The translations under genes and the position numbers were made by a program. Shown here in pieces: positions 8,168 through 15,821 of a stretch of 20,000 nucleotides of DNA. Under the pieces are notes generated by a model, which did not search any database, was not told where the DNA came from, and saw nothing but the letters and a program-made list of their open reading frames with translations. Within the stretch, counting starts at the first letter, position 1. Every line of letters begins with the position of its first letter. The stretch is from an uncultured virus (IMG/VR IMGVR_UViG_3300046808_000578) (lineage: Duplodnaviria; Heunggongvirae; Uroviricota; Caudoviricetes): IMG/VR virus record IMGVR_UViG_3300046808_000578; one strand, written 5' to 3'.

Positions 8168-10057
8168 ATGAGTACTTACGCGATTGATTTTGAAACCTTT
8201 TATTCTAAAGAATATTCAGTTACTGATCTTGGATATTACCACTACGTAAATCACCCGGAATTCGATGCCTACATGGTTAGTATCGTAGGGGATGATGGCA
8301 ACGAATACGTAGGGCCCCCCAATGGGTTCGACTGGGCGTGCATAAACGGGACCGTGTGGCTCTCGCACAACGCGAACTTCGACGGCATGGTCTACCAGAG
8401 ACTCGTGGAAACCGGGGTGATCAGAGACTCGGTTCCATGCGAGTGGCACGACACAGCAGATTTGGTGGCTTACATGGGCGCACCAAGATCTCTCAAGGCC
8501 GCGATCGGCGCGTTGTATGGCGAGGAGGTCAGCAAGACTACCCGCGACAACATGGCAGGGAAGCAGTGGAACGACATGCCTGAGTCGTTCAGACAAGAAG
8601 TAGCCGAGTACGCACTCAAGGACTCACGGTACTGCTTGAAGATCTGGAAGGACCACAGCCACAAATGGCCCCTGCACGAGAGGAAGTTGTCGAAACTTAC
8701 CAGAGACATGTGCTGGGTTGGACTGCCTGTAGACCGCGAAGGTGTTGAGGAAGACATCCGCACACTGCAGCTTCTACTGTGGGAAACCCGCAAACGCATC
8801 CCGTGGGCAGATTCCGAAGACGCTGCGGTATTGAGCCCAAAGGCGTTGGCGGAAGAATGCCGTAAGCATGGGATCCGCGCCCCGCTGAGTCTGGCAAAAG
8901 ACTCTGAAGACTTCGACAACTGGAAGAACGAGTTCTCTGAAAAGCACCCGTTCGCACAGGCAATGAGCGACTACCGCCGAATCAATGCCCTGTTGCTGAA
9001 GTACAAGACGATGGAAATGCGAATTCGTTCAAACGGGTTCATGGGCTACGGAATGAAATACTTCGGTGCTCACACAGGACGATGGAGCGGAGACACAGGC
9101 TTCAACGTCCAGAACATGCCAAGAGCAGAACTGTTTGGTATCAACCTCAGAAACCGCATCAAAGCCCCAGAAGGGAAAACCTTGGTGGTGTGTGACCTGT
9201 CCAACATCGAACCACGGTGTCTGGCTGTGCTGTCTGAGGATACAGGCATGCTGACTGCCCTGCGTTCAGGGATGGACATCTACGAGGCACACGCCCGGGC
9301 GACTCTGAACTACACGGACAGCAGACCATTGAAGGAAGGAGACCCACTACTAAGGCAGGTGTCCAAAACACGGGTCCTCGGGCTAGGGTACGGGTGCGGA
9401 TGGCACAAATTCGTCACCTTTGCCGAACAGCTTCTACCGCCGGAAGTGTACGAAAGTGTGTTCGGAGCGGAAGTATCCAAATCCGACAGAGTGAAATTCG
9501 TGGCTGCTCTGTCCAAGAGTAAGAAAAACGCGGATAAGCTGGAGCTGTTTAAGAGACTGCCAGAACCAAAACAGCGGTACTGGGTGAACTCTTGGAAGCA
9601 GGTTGAGGCGTACAGGGAATCCAACCCTGCGATCACGGAGTTCTGGAAAATGCTGGAACGGGACTTCAAGGCATCCGATGGGAAGCCGAACTACACCATC
9701 GAACTCCCGAATGGGCGTGTGCTCAAATACACCTCCCCTAAAAGCTACGGAGGTTCCAGCGCCCTGATGCAGCGGATGGGGAAGATGATGCGTGTTGCAA
9801 TTCACGGAGGCATCCTCACAGAAAATGTTATTCAAGCAGTTGCACGTGATGTATTCGCAGACTGCTTACTGCGACTCGACCAAGCGGGTATTCAGGTGAT
9901 CATGCACGCGCACGACGAAGCGGTTTGCATGGTGGACACAGACAAAGCCGACGAGAAGCTCAAGCTCATCGTGGACATCATGAGCACCCCGCCAACGTGG
10001 ATGCCGGATCTGCCTCAAGCCGCAGAAGGAAAAACCACCGTCAGGTACGTAAAGTAA
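8168..10057 (+). CDS. polA: Family A DNA polymerase with 3'-5' exonuclease domain
   Basis: ExoI AIDFET, ExoII HNANFD, ExoIII YALKDS; HTGRWSG; motif A CDLSNIEPR, motif B RQVSKTRVLGLGYG, motif C HAHDE. Confidence 0.95.
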   Translation: MSTYAIDFETFYSKEYSVTDLGYYHYVNHPEFDAYMVSIVGDDGNEYVGPPNGFDWACINGTVWLSHNANFDGMVYQRLVETGVIRDSVPCEWHDTADLVAYMGAPRSLKAAIGALYGEEVSKTTRDNMAGKQWNDMPESFRQEVAEYALKDSRYCLKIWKDHSHKWPLHERKLSKLTRDMCWVGLPVDREGVEEDIRTLQLLLWETRKRIPWADSEDAAVLSPKALAEECRKHGIRAPLSLAKDSEDFDNWKNEFSEKHPFAQAMSDYRRINALLLKYKTMEMRIRSNGFMGYGMKYFGAHTGRWSGDTGFNVQNMPRAELFGINLRNRIKAPEGKTLVVCDLSNIEPRCLAVLSEDTGMLTALRSGMDIYEAHARATLNYTDSRPLKEGDPLLRQVSKTRVLGLGYGCGWHKFVTFAEQLLPPEVYESVFGAEVSKSDRVKFVAALSKSKKNADKLELFKRLPEPKQRYWVNSWKQVEAYRESNPAITEFWKMLERDFKASDGKPNYTIELPNGRVLKYTSPKSYGGSSALMQRMGKMMRVAIHGGILTENVIQAVARDVFADCLLRLDQAGIQVIMHAHDEAVCMVDTDKADEKLKLIVDIMSTPPTWMPDLPQAAEGKTTVRYVK

Positions 10058-10968
10058 TGAAAAAGATTCTGTTCTACATCCATAACGGATGGGTTTTTGG
10101 TAAGTACCACAACGAGTTAATCAAAGTACTATACCCAGAGTTCTACTGCGACATCATGTGCTGGACGCGGTCGATGAGCCGAGAGGAAGCCTCTATACTT
10201 TCTCAGAAGTATGACCTGATCGTATCCACCACTGATGGGGCGTTCTTCCTGAACCGAGAGTACGGCATCCCACTCGGCAAGTTGGTCGGCATCGCCCATC
10301 AGGACGTGGACATCTACGGCCCCTTGGAGCGAATGCACCTTCCGCCAGAGGCATTCAACGATCTGGGCGGGTACGCCGTGATCTGGCCGATGGGAGTCAA
10401 TATCTCGGTCAGTTATGGAATCCCTCGCATTCCCGATGTGCTTCGGATAGGGGTGTTCCCTGAGATGTATTCGAGATCGGCTCCAACCTCGGTCAAAAGC
10501 TTCGGCTACTTTGGACGCCTGACTCGTACAGACCGTGGGTCGCTTGACGTTAAACGCGGGCACTTGGCCGAAGAGGTCGCGAGATTAACGAACCTGCAAC
10601 TGAAGAAATGTGACTCGTTACACTTTCTTGCAGCAGATATGTTGTATAGAGATGTTGACTTCGTCATGTTTTGCTCTTTAATCGAAGGCAACCCGTACCC
10701 AGCTTTGGAAGCCATTGGGGCTGGAATCCCGGTGCTTGGCACCAATACAGGGATTTTCCCGGAGTACGCCAAAAACGGATGCGGGGTAGTGCTGCCGTTC
10801 AAGGAGAGTGACTTCATCCAAGAAGCCGTAAACACGATTAATGAGTGGAAAGAAAACCCAGAAGTTTTCAGAAAGGCGTGCAACAAGGCAGTGCTTGCGC
10901 GTAAACAACTGGACTGGGCAACTCTGAAACCCGCGTGGGTTGAATTCCTAACCAAGCTACTTAAATGA
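10057..10968 (+). CDS. GT-B fold (GT4-like) glycosyltransferase
   Basis: LYRDVDFVMFCSLIEGNPYPALEAIGAGIPVLGTNTG carries the EX7E motif; GYFGRL and KRG donor-binding segments; ATG at 10057 overlaps the polA stop (TAATG). Confidence 0.85.
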   Translation: MKKILFYIHNGWVFGKYHNELIKVLYPEFYCDIMCWTRSMSREEASILSQKYDLIVSTTDGAFFLNREYGIPLGKLVGIAHQDVDIYGPLERMHLPPEAFNDLGGYAVIWPMGVNISVSYGIPRIPDVLRIGVFPEMYSRSAPTSVKSFGYFGRLTRTDRGSLDVKRGHLAEEVARLTNLQLKKCDSLHFLAADMLYRDVDFVMFCSLIEGNPYPALEAIGAGIPVLGTNTGIFPEYAKNGCGVVLPFKESDFIQEAVNTINEWKENPEVFRKACNKAVLARKQLDWATLKPAWVEFLTKLLK

Positions 10969-11258
10969 CCGCGTTCGATGTAATCCTTGCGACATGTATT
11001 TCATGGGCAGCGATTATTGCTTTCGTCACATACCGCTTAACATCAAAAAGAATGAATACATACACTGAAGAAGACATGGCCGCAGCCTACAAGAAAGGGT
11101 TTGAAGCTAGTAACAATCACATGCTGATTCTGGTTACCCTGATCTGCAAAACAATCGATATCGGTATACGAATGAGGAAATGGTGTGTAGACGAAATTGC
11201 CTGCGAAGAGTTTGATAAACTGGCGAAGGACATCGAACAGGCAACATCCCCTAAGTAA
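10965..11258 (+). CDS. Hypothetical protein with N-terminal transmembrane helix
   Basis: Start overlaps the upstream gene end; hydrophobic residues 4-23; AYKKGFEA motif. Confidence 0.65.
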   Translation: MTAFDVILATCISWAAIIAFVTYRLTSKRMNTYTEEDMAAAYKKGFEASNNHMLILVTLICKTIDIGIRMRKWCVDEIACEEFDKLAKDIEQATSPK

Positions 11259-11539
11259 TGCAGGTAAATACCCGGTGGAACCACACCGTAAAACCATCCG
11301 TATTTGAAGTCGTCAAAGGAGGAGCCGTACTTCACAGCGGATCTTACAAGGACGGGGTACGCATCTACGAGGTAGAGCTCCGCAAAGAGCGGTTCAGGAA
11401 CAGCCTGTTCTGTCTTGTCTGCGGCACCCCATTCCAAATGCCGAAGTACTGGATTAAATTAACATGTTCTCCGAAATGCAGGGCGAAGCATGTCTCTAAT
11501 CTGATAACAGGTATACCGTTTAAGAAAGCCTACAAGTAA
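11258..11539 (+). CDS. Hypothetical protein with putative zinc finger
   Basis: TAATG coupling; CLVCGTPF...TCSPKC four-cysteine motif. Confidence 0.65.
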   Translation: MQVNTRWNHTVKPSVFEVVKGGAVLHSGSYKDGVRIYEVELRKERFRNSLFCLVCGTPFQMPKYWIKLTCSPKCRAKHVSNLITGIPFKKAYK

Positions 11540-11548
11540 CACAACGCA

Positions 11549-13681
11549 ATGCAAGTTCACACACTACCAAATCTGGTTTCGCAGACAGCGGGGAAAACAA
11601 CGACCCCTATTCAGGCGAACCCAAGACCTACGTTAGCAAATAAAGAAGCGTACCGCAAATGGTGTATTAACGCCAATACTCAGCACGTATTCTACTCCGC
11701 ATGGGAAGGCGTAAACCCCGGATTGCGGATCAGCAAAGCAAACCCGGCAAAACTGCTGCACGGGTTCGTGGCAGACTACGATGCTGACGTGACCGACCAG
11801 ATGATCCTAGACGTGGCAAACAGTGGTGGAATCCTTCCCACATGGAGCTCGCGCACGTTCTCCGGAGGGGCTCGACTCATCTGGGAGTTCGAGGAACCCC
11901 TGCTCATGGACAACCACATCCTTGCGGAACGGTTCATGAAGACCTTGGTCAAGGAACTGAAGGTCAAAAAGCTGCTTCCCGGGTTCGACGAATCCTCAAT
12001 GGAGAGCAGTCAATACTTTGAGGCAGGCACGAACTGGGCTGCTGTAGCTTCAGGGATGCCCATTCCCGTGGATTTGGTGGGTTTGTGGACCCTAGACAGC
12101 GCAACAGGCAAAATCGCGCAGCAGGGAGGCACCGAGATCCCAATCGAGGAGATCGCCGCAGAGGTCGAACGGCAATTCCCGGGACGGTGGGTGGGTGACT
12201 TTGTCGTCGGAGCCCGGGGACCCTTGTACTGGGTACCGGATGGAGTGCAAAGAGTCGGCTGTCAGGTCGGTGATTTTGGAATGATCTGCTACAGTAGCCG
12301 GGCAGACGCGGGTTTTCTCCCGTGGGATAAGATACTTGGTAAATCCTTCGTACAGAAATGGGAGGCAAAGCACATCGGGGGCTACATCGAGAACATGTGG
12401 TACGATGGGAAGATGTACTGGTGGAAGGTGGACGATGTCTGGGTACCCCGGAACAAGGACGACTCCATGATGCACCTCGCAAACCACGGGGTTTCGGTGA
12501 AAACCAACGGCAAAGAGGTCATTTCACGGGCAGGCAAGATCCTTTGTGGGGTGCAGGACGTGCGGAAGGTGGACTACGCCGCCCCGTTGCTGTTTGAAAG
12601 GAACGAGATCGTCGATATCAACGGAGAAAAGGTACTGAACATCGGTCGCCGTGAGGCCCTGATGGAGGCAAACGTGGCGGACCCCGAAAATACCGCGCAT
12701 TTCCCATGGATCTGGGAGTTTATTTCACGAATCTTCGTACAATCTGACGGAGATAACTCGCAGATGGACTATTTTCTCGCATGGTTTCAGCGTTTATGGG
12801 TCTCGGCGAGGAACAAACAGCTCTTCCAAGGGCAAATGCTGGTACTGGCCGGGTCGGCTGGACAGGGCAAAACCTTCATGAGCAGGTGCATCATCGGAGC
12901 CGCCTTGGGTGGGAGTGTGGACGCGAGCGACATCCTCCAAGGAAAGACGAATTTCAATAAGCAAGCTGCCGAAACATGTATATGGAGGGTCGATGACGCC
13001 GCCGGGGCAACGTCTAGGAACGATGCCCTGAAGTTCGGAGACACGTTAAAGCGGCACGTGGCAAACCCGATCGCGGTCTACCACCCAAAGTTCCGGGACG
13101 CAGTCGAATTCCCGTGGAGAGGGCGTATCGTACTGACCTGCAACACAGATCCGAACTCGCTGGCGATCCTGCCGAGCCTCGACAACACGTTCGAGGACAA
13201 GATCATGATGCTCAAGTTCGGGGACTGGATCCCTTCGTTCAAGACAAGCCATGAGCACGAGGCAATGGTGGCCAACGAGCTCCCCTTCTTCCTTGCATGG
13301 CTAAAGCAGTGGCAACCCCCGGCATACGTGATGGGGCAAAACAACAGGTTCGGAGTCCTGAGCTACCACCACAGGGAGCTCGTGGAAGCCTCACAGGAAG
13401 GCGACAGCGGCACGGGACTACTGGAGATCCTCGAGATGTGGAGGGAAGGAGAGGTGGAGGTGGCAAAGTGTGACCCTGAAATCCGGATATCGAGTAGCCA
13501 GCTTCTGGGTCGAATCCGAGACATGGTTTCTGGAGGGGCAGAGTTAATGAGAAATTATTCAACTATTCGGTTAGGGCGCGAATTACGAGCGATTAAGCAG
13601 AGATACAAGCCGCTTACGAAGATCAGTAAGGTTAATGGCATCACAACATACGTGTTCGCAATGAAGGCAAAGCTCGAATAG
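11549..13681 (+). CDS. Primase-helicase (N-terminal primase-polymerase-like domain, C-terminal SF3/D5-like NTPase)
   Basis: N-terminal FVADYD and SRTFSGGARLIW motifs; Walker A LAGSAGQGKT, Walker B WRVDD, motif C VLTCN. Confidence 0.8.
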   Translation: MQVHTLPNLVSQTAGKTTTPIQANPRPTLANKEAYRKWCINANTQHVFYSAWEGVNPGLRISKANPAKLLHGFVADYDADVTDQMILDVANSGGILPTWSSRTFSGGARLIWEFEEPLLMDNHILAERFMKTLVKELKVKKLLPGFDESSMESSQYFEAGTNWAAVASGMPIPVDLVGLWTLDSATGKIAQQGGTEIPIEEIAAEVERQFPGRWVGDFVVGARGPLYWVPDGVQRVGCQVGDFGMICYSSRADAGFLPWDKILGKSFVQKWEAKHIGGYIENMWYDGKMYWWKVDDVWVPRNKDDSMMHLANHGVSVKTNGKEVISRAGKILCGVQDVRKVDYAAPLLFERNEIVDINGEKVLNIGRREALMEANVADPENTAHFPWIWEFISRIFVQSDGDNSQMDYFLAWFQRLWVSARNKQLFQGQMLVLAGSAGQGKTFMSRCIIGAALGGSVDASDILQGKTNFNKQAAETCIWRVDDAAGATSRNDALKFGDTLKRHVANPIAVYHPKFRDAVEFPWRGRIVLTCNTDPNSLAILPSLDNTFEDKIMMLKFGDWIPSFKTSHEHEAMVANELPFFLAWLKQWQPPAYVMGQNNRFGVLSYHHRELVEASQEGDSGTGLLEILEMWREGEVEVAKCDPEIRISSSQLLGRIRDMVSGGAELMRNYSTIRLGRELRAIKQRYKPLTKISKVNGITTYVFAMKAKLE

Positions 13682-13709
13682 CACGTCTGTAATACGAGAT
13701 TATCTGGTT

Positions 13710-13741
13710 AAGCCCATCGCTAAGATGGGCTTTTCCTTTTT
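13710..13741 (+). terminator. Intrinsic terminator closing the replication operon
   Basis: AAGCCCATC-gctaa-GATGGGCTT stem followed by TTCCTTTTT, 28 nt after the primase stop. Confidence 0.8.
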
Positions 13742-13763
13742 CAGGGGAACAGGGTTTCGGGGT

Positions 13764-13996
13764 CCTACAGGCGTAAATGCGTGAAAATGAGGGACTTACG
13801 CCATTTGAGTAGGAAAGTAGGAGAAGGGGGGATTTTCCAGAAACCCTTCTCTGGCTGGCTGGCCCGCTGCTGGCCTGCTGCTGGCCCGCTGCTGCCCTCC
13901 TATATATATATATATACTACTACTACTAATTATACTATACCTACATCCCCTACTTCCCCTACTTATCCGCTCTGGTGGCGGGTTTGTCGGGTGTAG
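13764..13996. repeat. Putative replication origin: inverted GTAGG/CCTAC iterons flanking GC-rich tandem repeats and a (TA)8/(TAC)n tract
   Basis: AGTAGGA x2 (13808, 13816) versus CCTAC x3 (13940, 13949, 13958); CTGGCC(C/T)GCTG x3 (13859-13891); TA repeat 13901-13916; directly downstream of the primase-helicase. Confidence 0.6.
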
Positions 13997-14031
13997 ATGA
14001 AAAAACCGAACCCCTATATCGCCTACCCCAG

Positions 14032-14052
14032 AAGCCCCCTCCGGGGCTTTTT
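14032..14052 (+). terminator. Second intrinsic terminator-like hairpin
   Basis: AAGCCCC-ctcc-GGGGCTT followed by TTT. Confidence 0.55.
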
Positions 14053-14238
14053 GCCTTACGGTGATGGTAAATGTTATGCTTTTGGTTAATAGGTAAAAAA
14101 TACAAAAAATTTTTTCTGACCGTTATCGCAGGTCTGGGCGCACGCGCCCGCTCCCCCGCCCCCGCACCCGTGGTGGGCGCACGCGACAAACCAACCGCGC
14201 GCGACACTACAACGGCCCGGGGCCCCGGCATAGGGGTT

Positions 14239-14267
14239 TTGAGAAGAGGGTGCCGAGGGGCTAGTGA
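14239..14267 (+). promoter_or_regulatory. Candidate promoter for the large structured RNA and downstream gene
   Basis: TTGAGA-17 bp-TAGTGA; same TTGnnA-N16-CTA geometry as the sites at 5324 and 15822. Confidence 0.35.
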
Positions 14268-14274
14268 CCCTGAG

Positions 14275-14785
14275 GCGGCGCGGTGAAAGCGGTGCCTGAT
14301 CTTTGAAATTTAGACCCTGCAGGTAGAGCGGGGCGGCGAGTTGCGAGTGTGGCCAGAGCGCCCCGCCCGAAAGGGCACGAGGGAATAGTAAGTAGGCGCA
14401 CCCATAGCAGACCGCCCCGTGTTCGGACCCGCCGAACCTATCTGCAGACCCCGCTTTCTTGGGGGCGTAAAAGCAAGGAATGGCTCAGACTGGCCAAACG
14501 CTCATCCCGGCACCCATACAAGTTTTAGGTGCAACGGACCGCGAAGACGGGCCCCTAGCGAGGGGGCTTCTAGCGGGGATTCCCGGATGGCGCATTAGCT
14601 GCCCTCTGACAAGGCGCAAACCCTTAACCCTTAACCCGGACCGCGCAAGCGGTCCCTGCAACCTAGGATCAGGCAAACGCGAAGCGAACGCCCCTAGGTG
14701 CCATGCGTTGCATGGCGGCAGTCCGCCCATCCCCTTGGCAAACTGGCAATCCCGCCAGCCCCACGGTTTCCGTGGGCGGACATAC
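14275..14785 (+). ncRNA. Putative large (about 500 nt) highly structured non-coding RNA or leader
   Basis: Many nested and long-range helices, GNRA-capped hairpins (GCCC-GAAA-GGGC, GGACCGC-GCAA-GCGGTCC) and no credible ORF; ends are approximate. Confidence 0.6.
14277..14308 (+). promoter_or_regulatory. boxB-like hairpin plus boxA-like antitermination sequence
   Basis: GGCGC...GTGCC hairpin (14277-14296) followed immediately by TGATCTTTGAAA (14297-14308), resembling rrn leader boxA. Confidence 0.45.
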
Positions 14786-14789
14786 CGTT

Positions 14790-15215
14790 ATGAACATTCT
14801 TGCAAAATTCGACTCCTCCCGCATTCAGACCAACGTGACCAAGTCCGGGAGAATTTCCGGGCAGACCCTCCACCACACGGGGGACGGGTCTACCGGGTTC
14901 GGCACGTTGCGTGCCCAAGGCAAGGCCTTGGGACTCAGCGGGTCCGCTCTCAAGGAGTGGATCTACAGTCAGGCGAGCGGGGACCGCGCCCAAGCGGCGC
15001 GGGAGGAAGCCCGCATCCTGTTCAATCTGGGTCTCGACCGGGGGCTTGTCCCCCAGAAGACGCAGGTGAAGAGCAATGGGGGTGCCGTGTTCACGCTCAT
15101 TCCAGAGGCGAAAGCCCCGGCCACCCGTACCACCACCTGCGTGGACCCCGCCGCCATGGTGGCGGCGATGACGCCGGAACAGCGCGCCGCCCTTCTGGCG
15201 GCGCTGCAGGCTTAG
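14790..15215 (+). CDS. Hypothetical protein (141 aa)
   Basis: ATG at 14790 just after the structured region; protein-like composition, C-terminal AMTPEQRAALLAAL helix; followed by a hairpin. Confidence 0.7.
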   Translation: MNILAKFDSSRIQTNVTKSGRISGQTLHHTGDGSTGFGTLRAQGKALGLSGSALKEWIYSQASGDRAQAAREEARILFNLGLDRGLVPQKTQVKSNGGAVFTLIPEAKAPATRTTTCVDPAAMVAAMTPEQRAALLAALQA

Positions 15216-15220
15216 TCGAA

Positions 15221-15261
15221 TCGCCCCGAAAGGGGCGACTAGGGGAGTTGACCTACCCCTA
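15221..15261. terminator. Hairpins between convergent genes
   Basis: TCGCCCC-GAAA-GGGGCGA (15221-15238) and TAGGGG...CCCCTA (15240-15261); no clear U-tract. Confidence 0.4.
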
Positions 15262-15792
15262 CTGATGAGACAGGTCAACAGAGTCAGGGGAGCGGTTCTC
15301 CAAACCGTTCTCCGCGTAGGAGTCCGTCTCTGTCGGGACGGATTCGGGACGGATTTCTAGGACGGCGGGCTCCGCCTCCCCTAGGAGCGCAAGGTTGACG
15401 ATTGTACGCCCTTGGGCGTCCGCGTCCTCCAATCCGGCTGCCCGGCGTGCAATCTTGTCCGCCGTCTCCAAGTCCCGCCAGTTCTTCGGCGCGGGCACCT
15501 TTGCCTCCCCAATCGCTCGGGACGCGAGGTCAAACATGGCGGATCGGTGGCGCTCGCCCCGCTCTGCCCATGATTCCCGAACAAGGGCGGACAATTCCCT
15601 TGTCCGCTCGAGCTGGACTTTGTCCGGAAGCGGTTTTTCGGGAGCCCGCTCCCAGCCTTCCCTACGGGAACGCTTCTGGACGGCATCGTATTTGATGCCG
15701 AATTTCTCGGCGGCTTGTCCGATGGACAGTCCGCCCACCATCACGGCTGTCCGGATGGCTTGCCAGTCTACTGGTAAAGGTTTTCCTGCCAT
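15259..15792 (-). CDS. Terminase small subunit-like HTH protein
   Basis: VDWQAIRTAVMVGGLSIGQAAEKFGIKYDAVQKRSRREGW matches the N-terminal HTH of many TerS proteins; helical middle region ending ARRAAGL; acidic tail. Confidence 0.65.
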   Translation of the reverse strand: MAGKPLPVDWQAIRTAVMVGGLSIGQAAEKFGIKYDAVQKRSRREGWERAPEKPLPDKVQLERTRELSALVRESWAERGERHRSAMFDLASRAIGEAKVPAPKNWRDLETADKIARRAAGLEDADAQGRTIVNLALLGEAEPAVLEIRPESVPTETDSYAENGLENRSPDSVDLSHQ

Positions 15793-15821
15793 TGCACCCT
15801 TTTACCCTGTCACCCGGGTGC

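Noticed and set aside
9925..10056. N-terminal extension of the glycosyltransferase given in the ORF track
   Set aside because: It overlaps polA motif C and the C-terminus; the TAATG-coupled ATG at 10057 is far more plausible
13781..14286. ORFs 13781-13996, 13959-14231 and 14071-14286
   Set aside because: They are low-complexity translations of repeats (YIYIYTTTT, Ala/Arg/Pro-rich); the region is better explained as non-coding
14275..14785. RNase P RNA, tmRNA or self-splicing intron identity
   Set aside because: No GAGGAAAGTCC P4 motif, no tRNA-like ends, no interrupted gene and no recognisable group II domain V; an Rfam search is still needed
14480..15278. 261-aa plus-strand and 194-aa minus-strand ORFs
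   Set aside because: Arg/Gly/Pro-rich GC shadow frames overlapping the structured RNA and the more protein-like 14790-15215 gene
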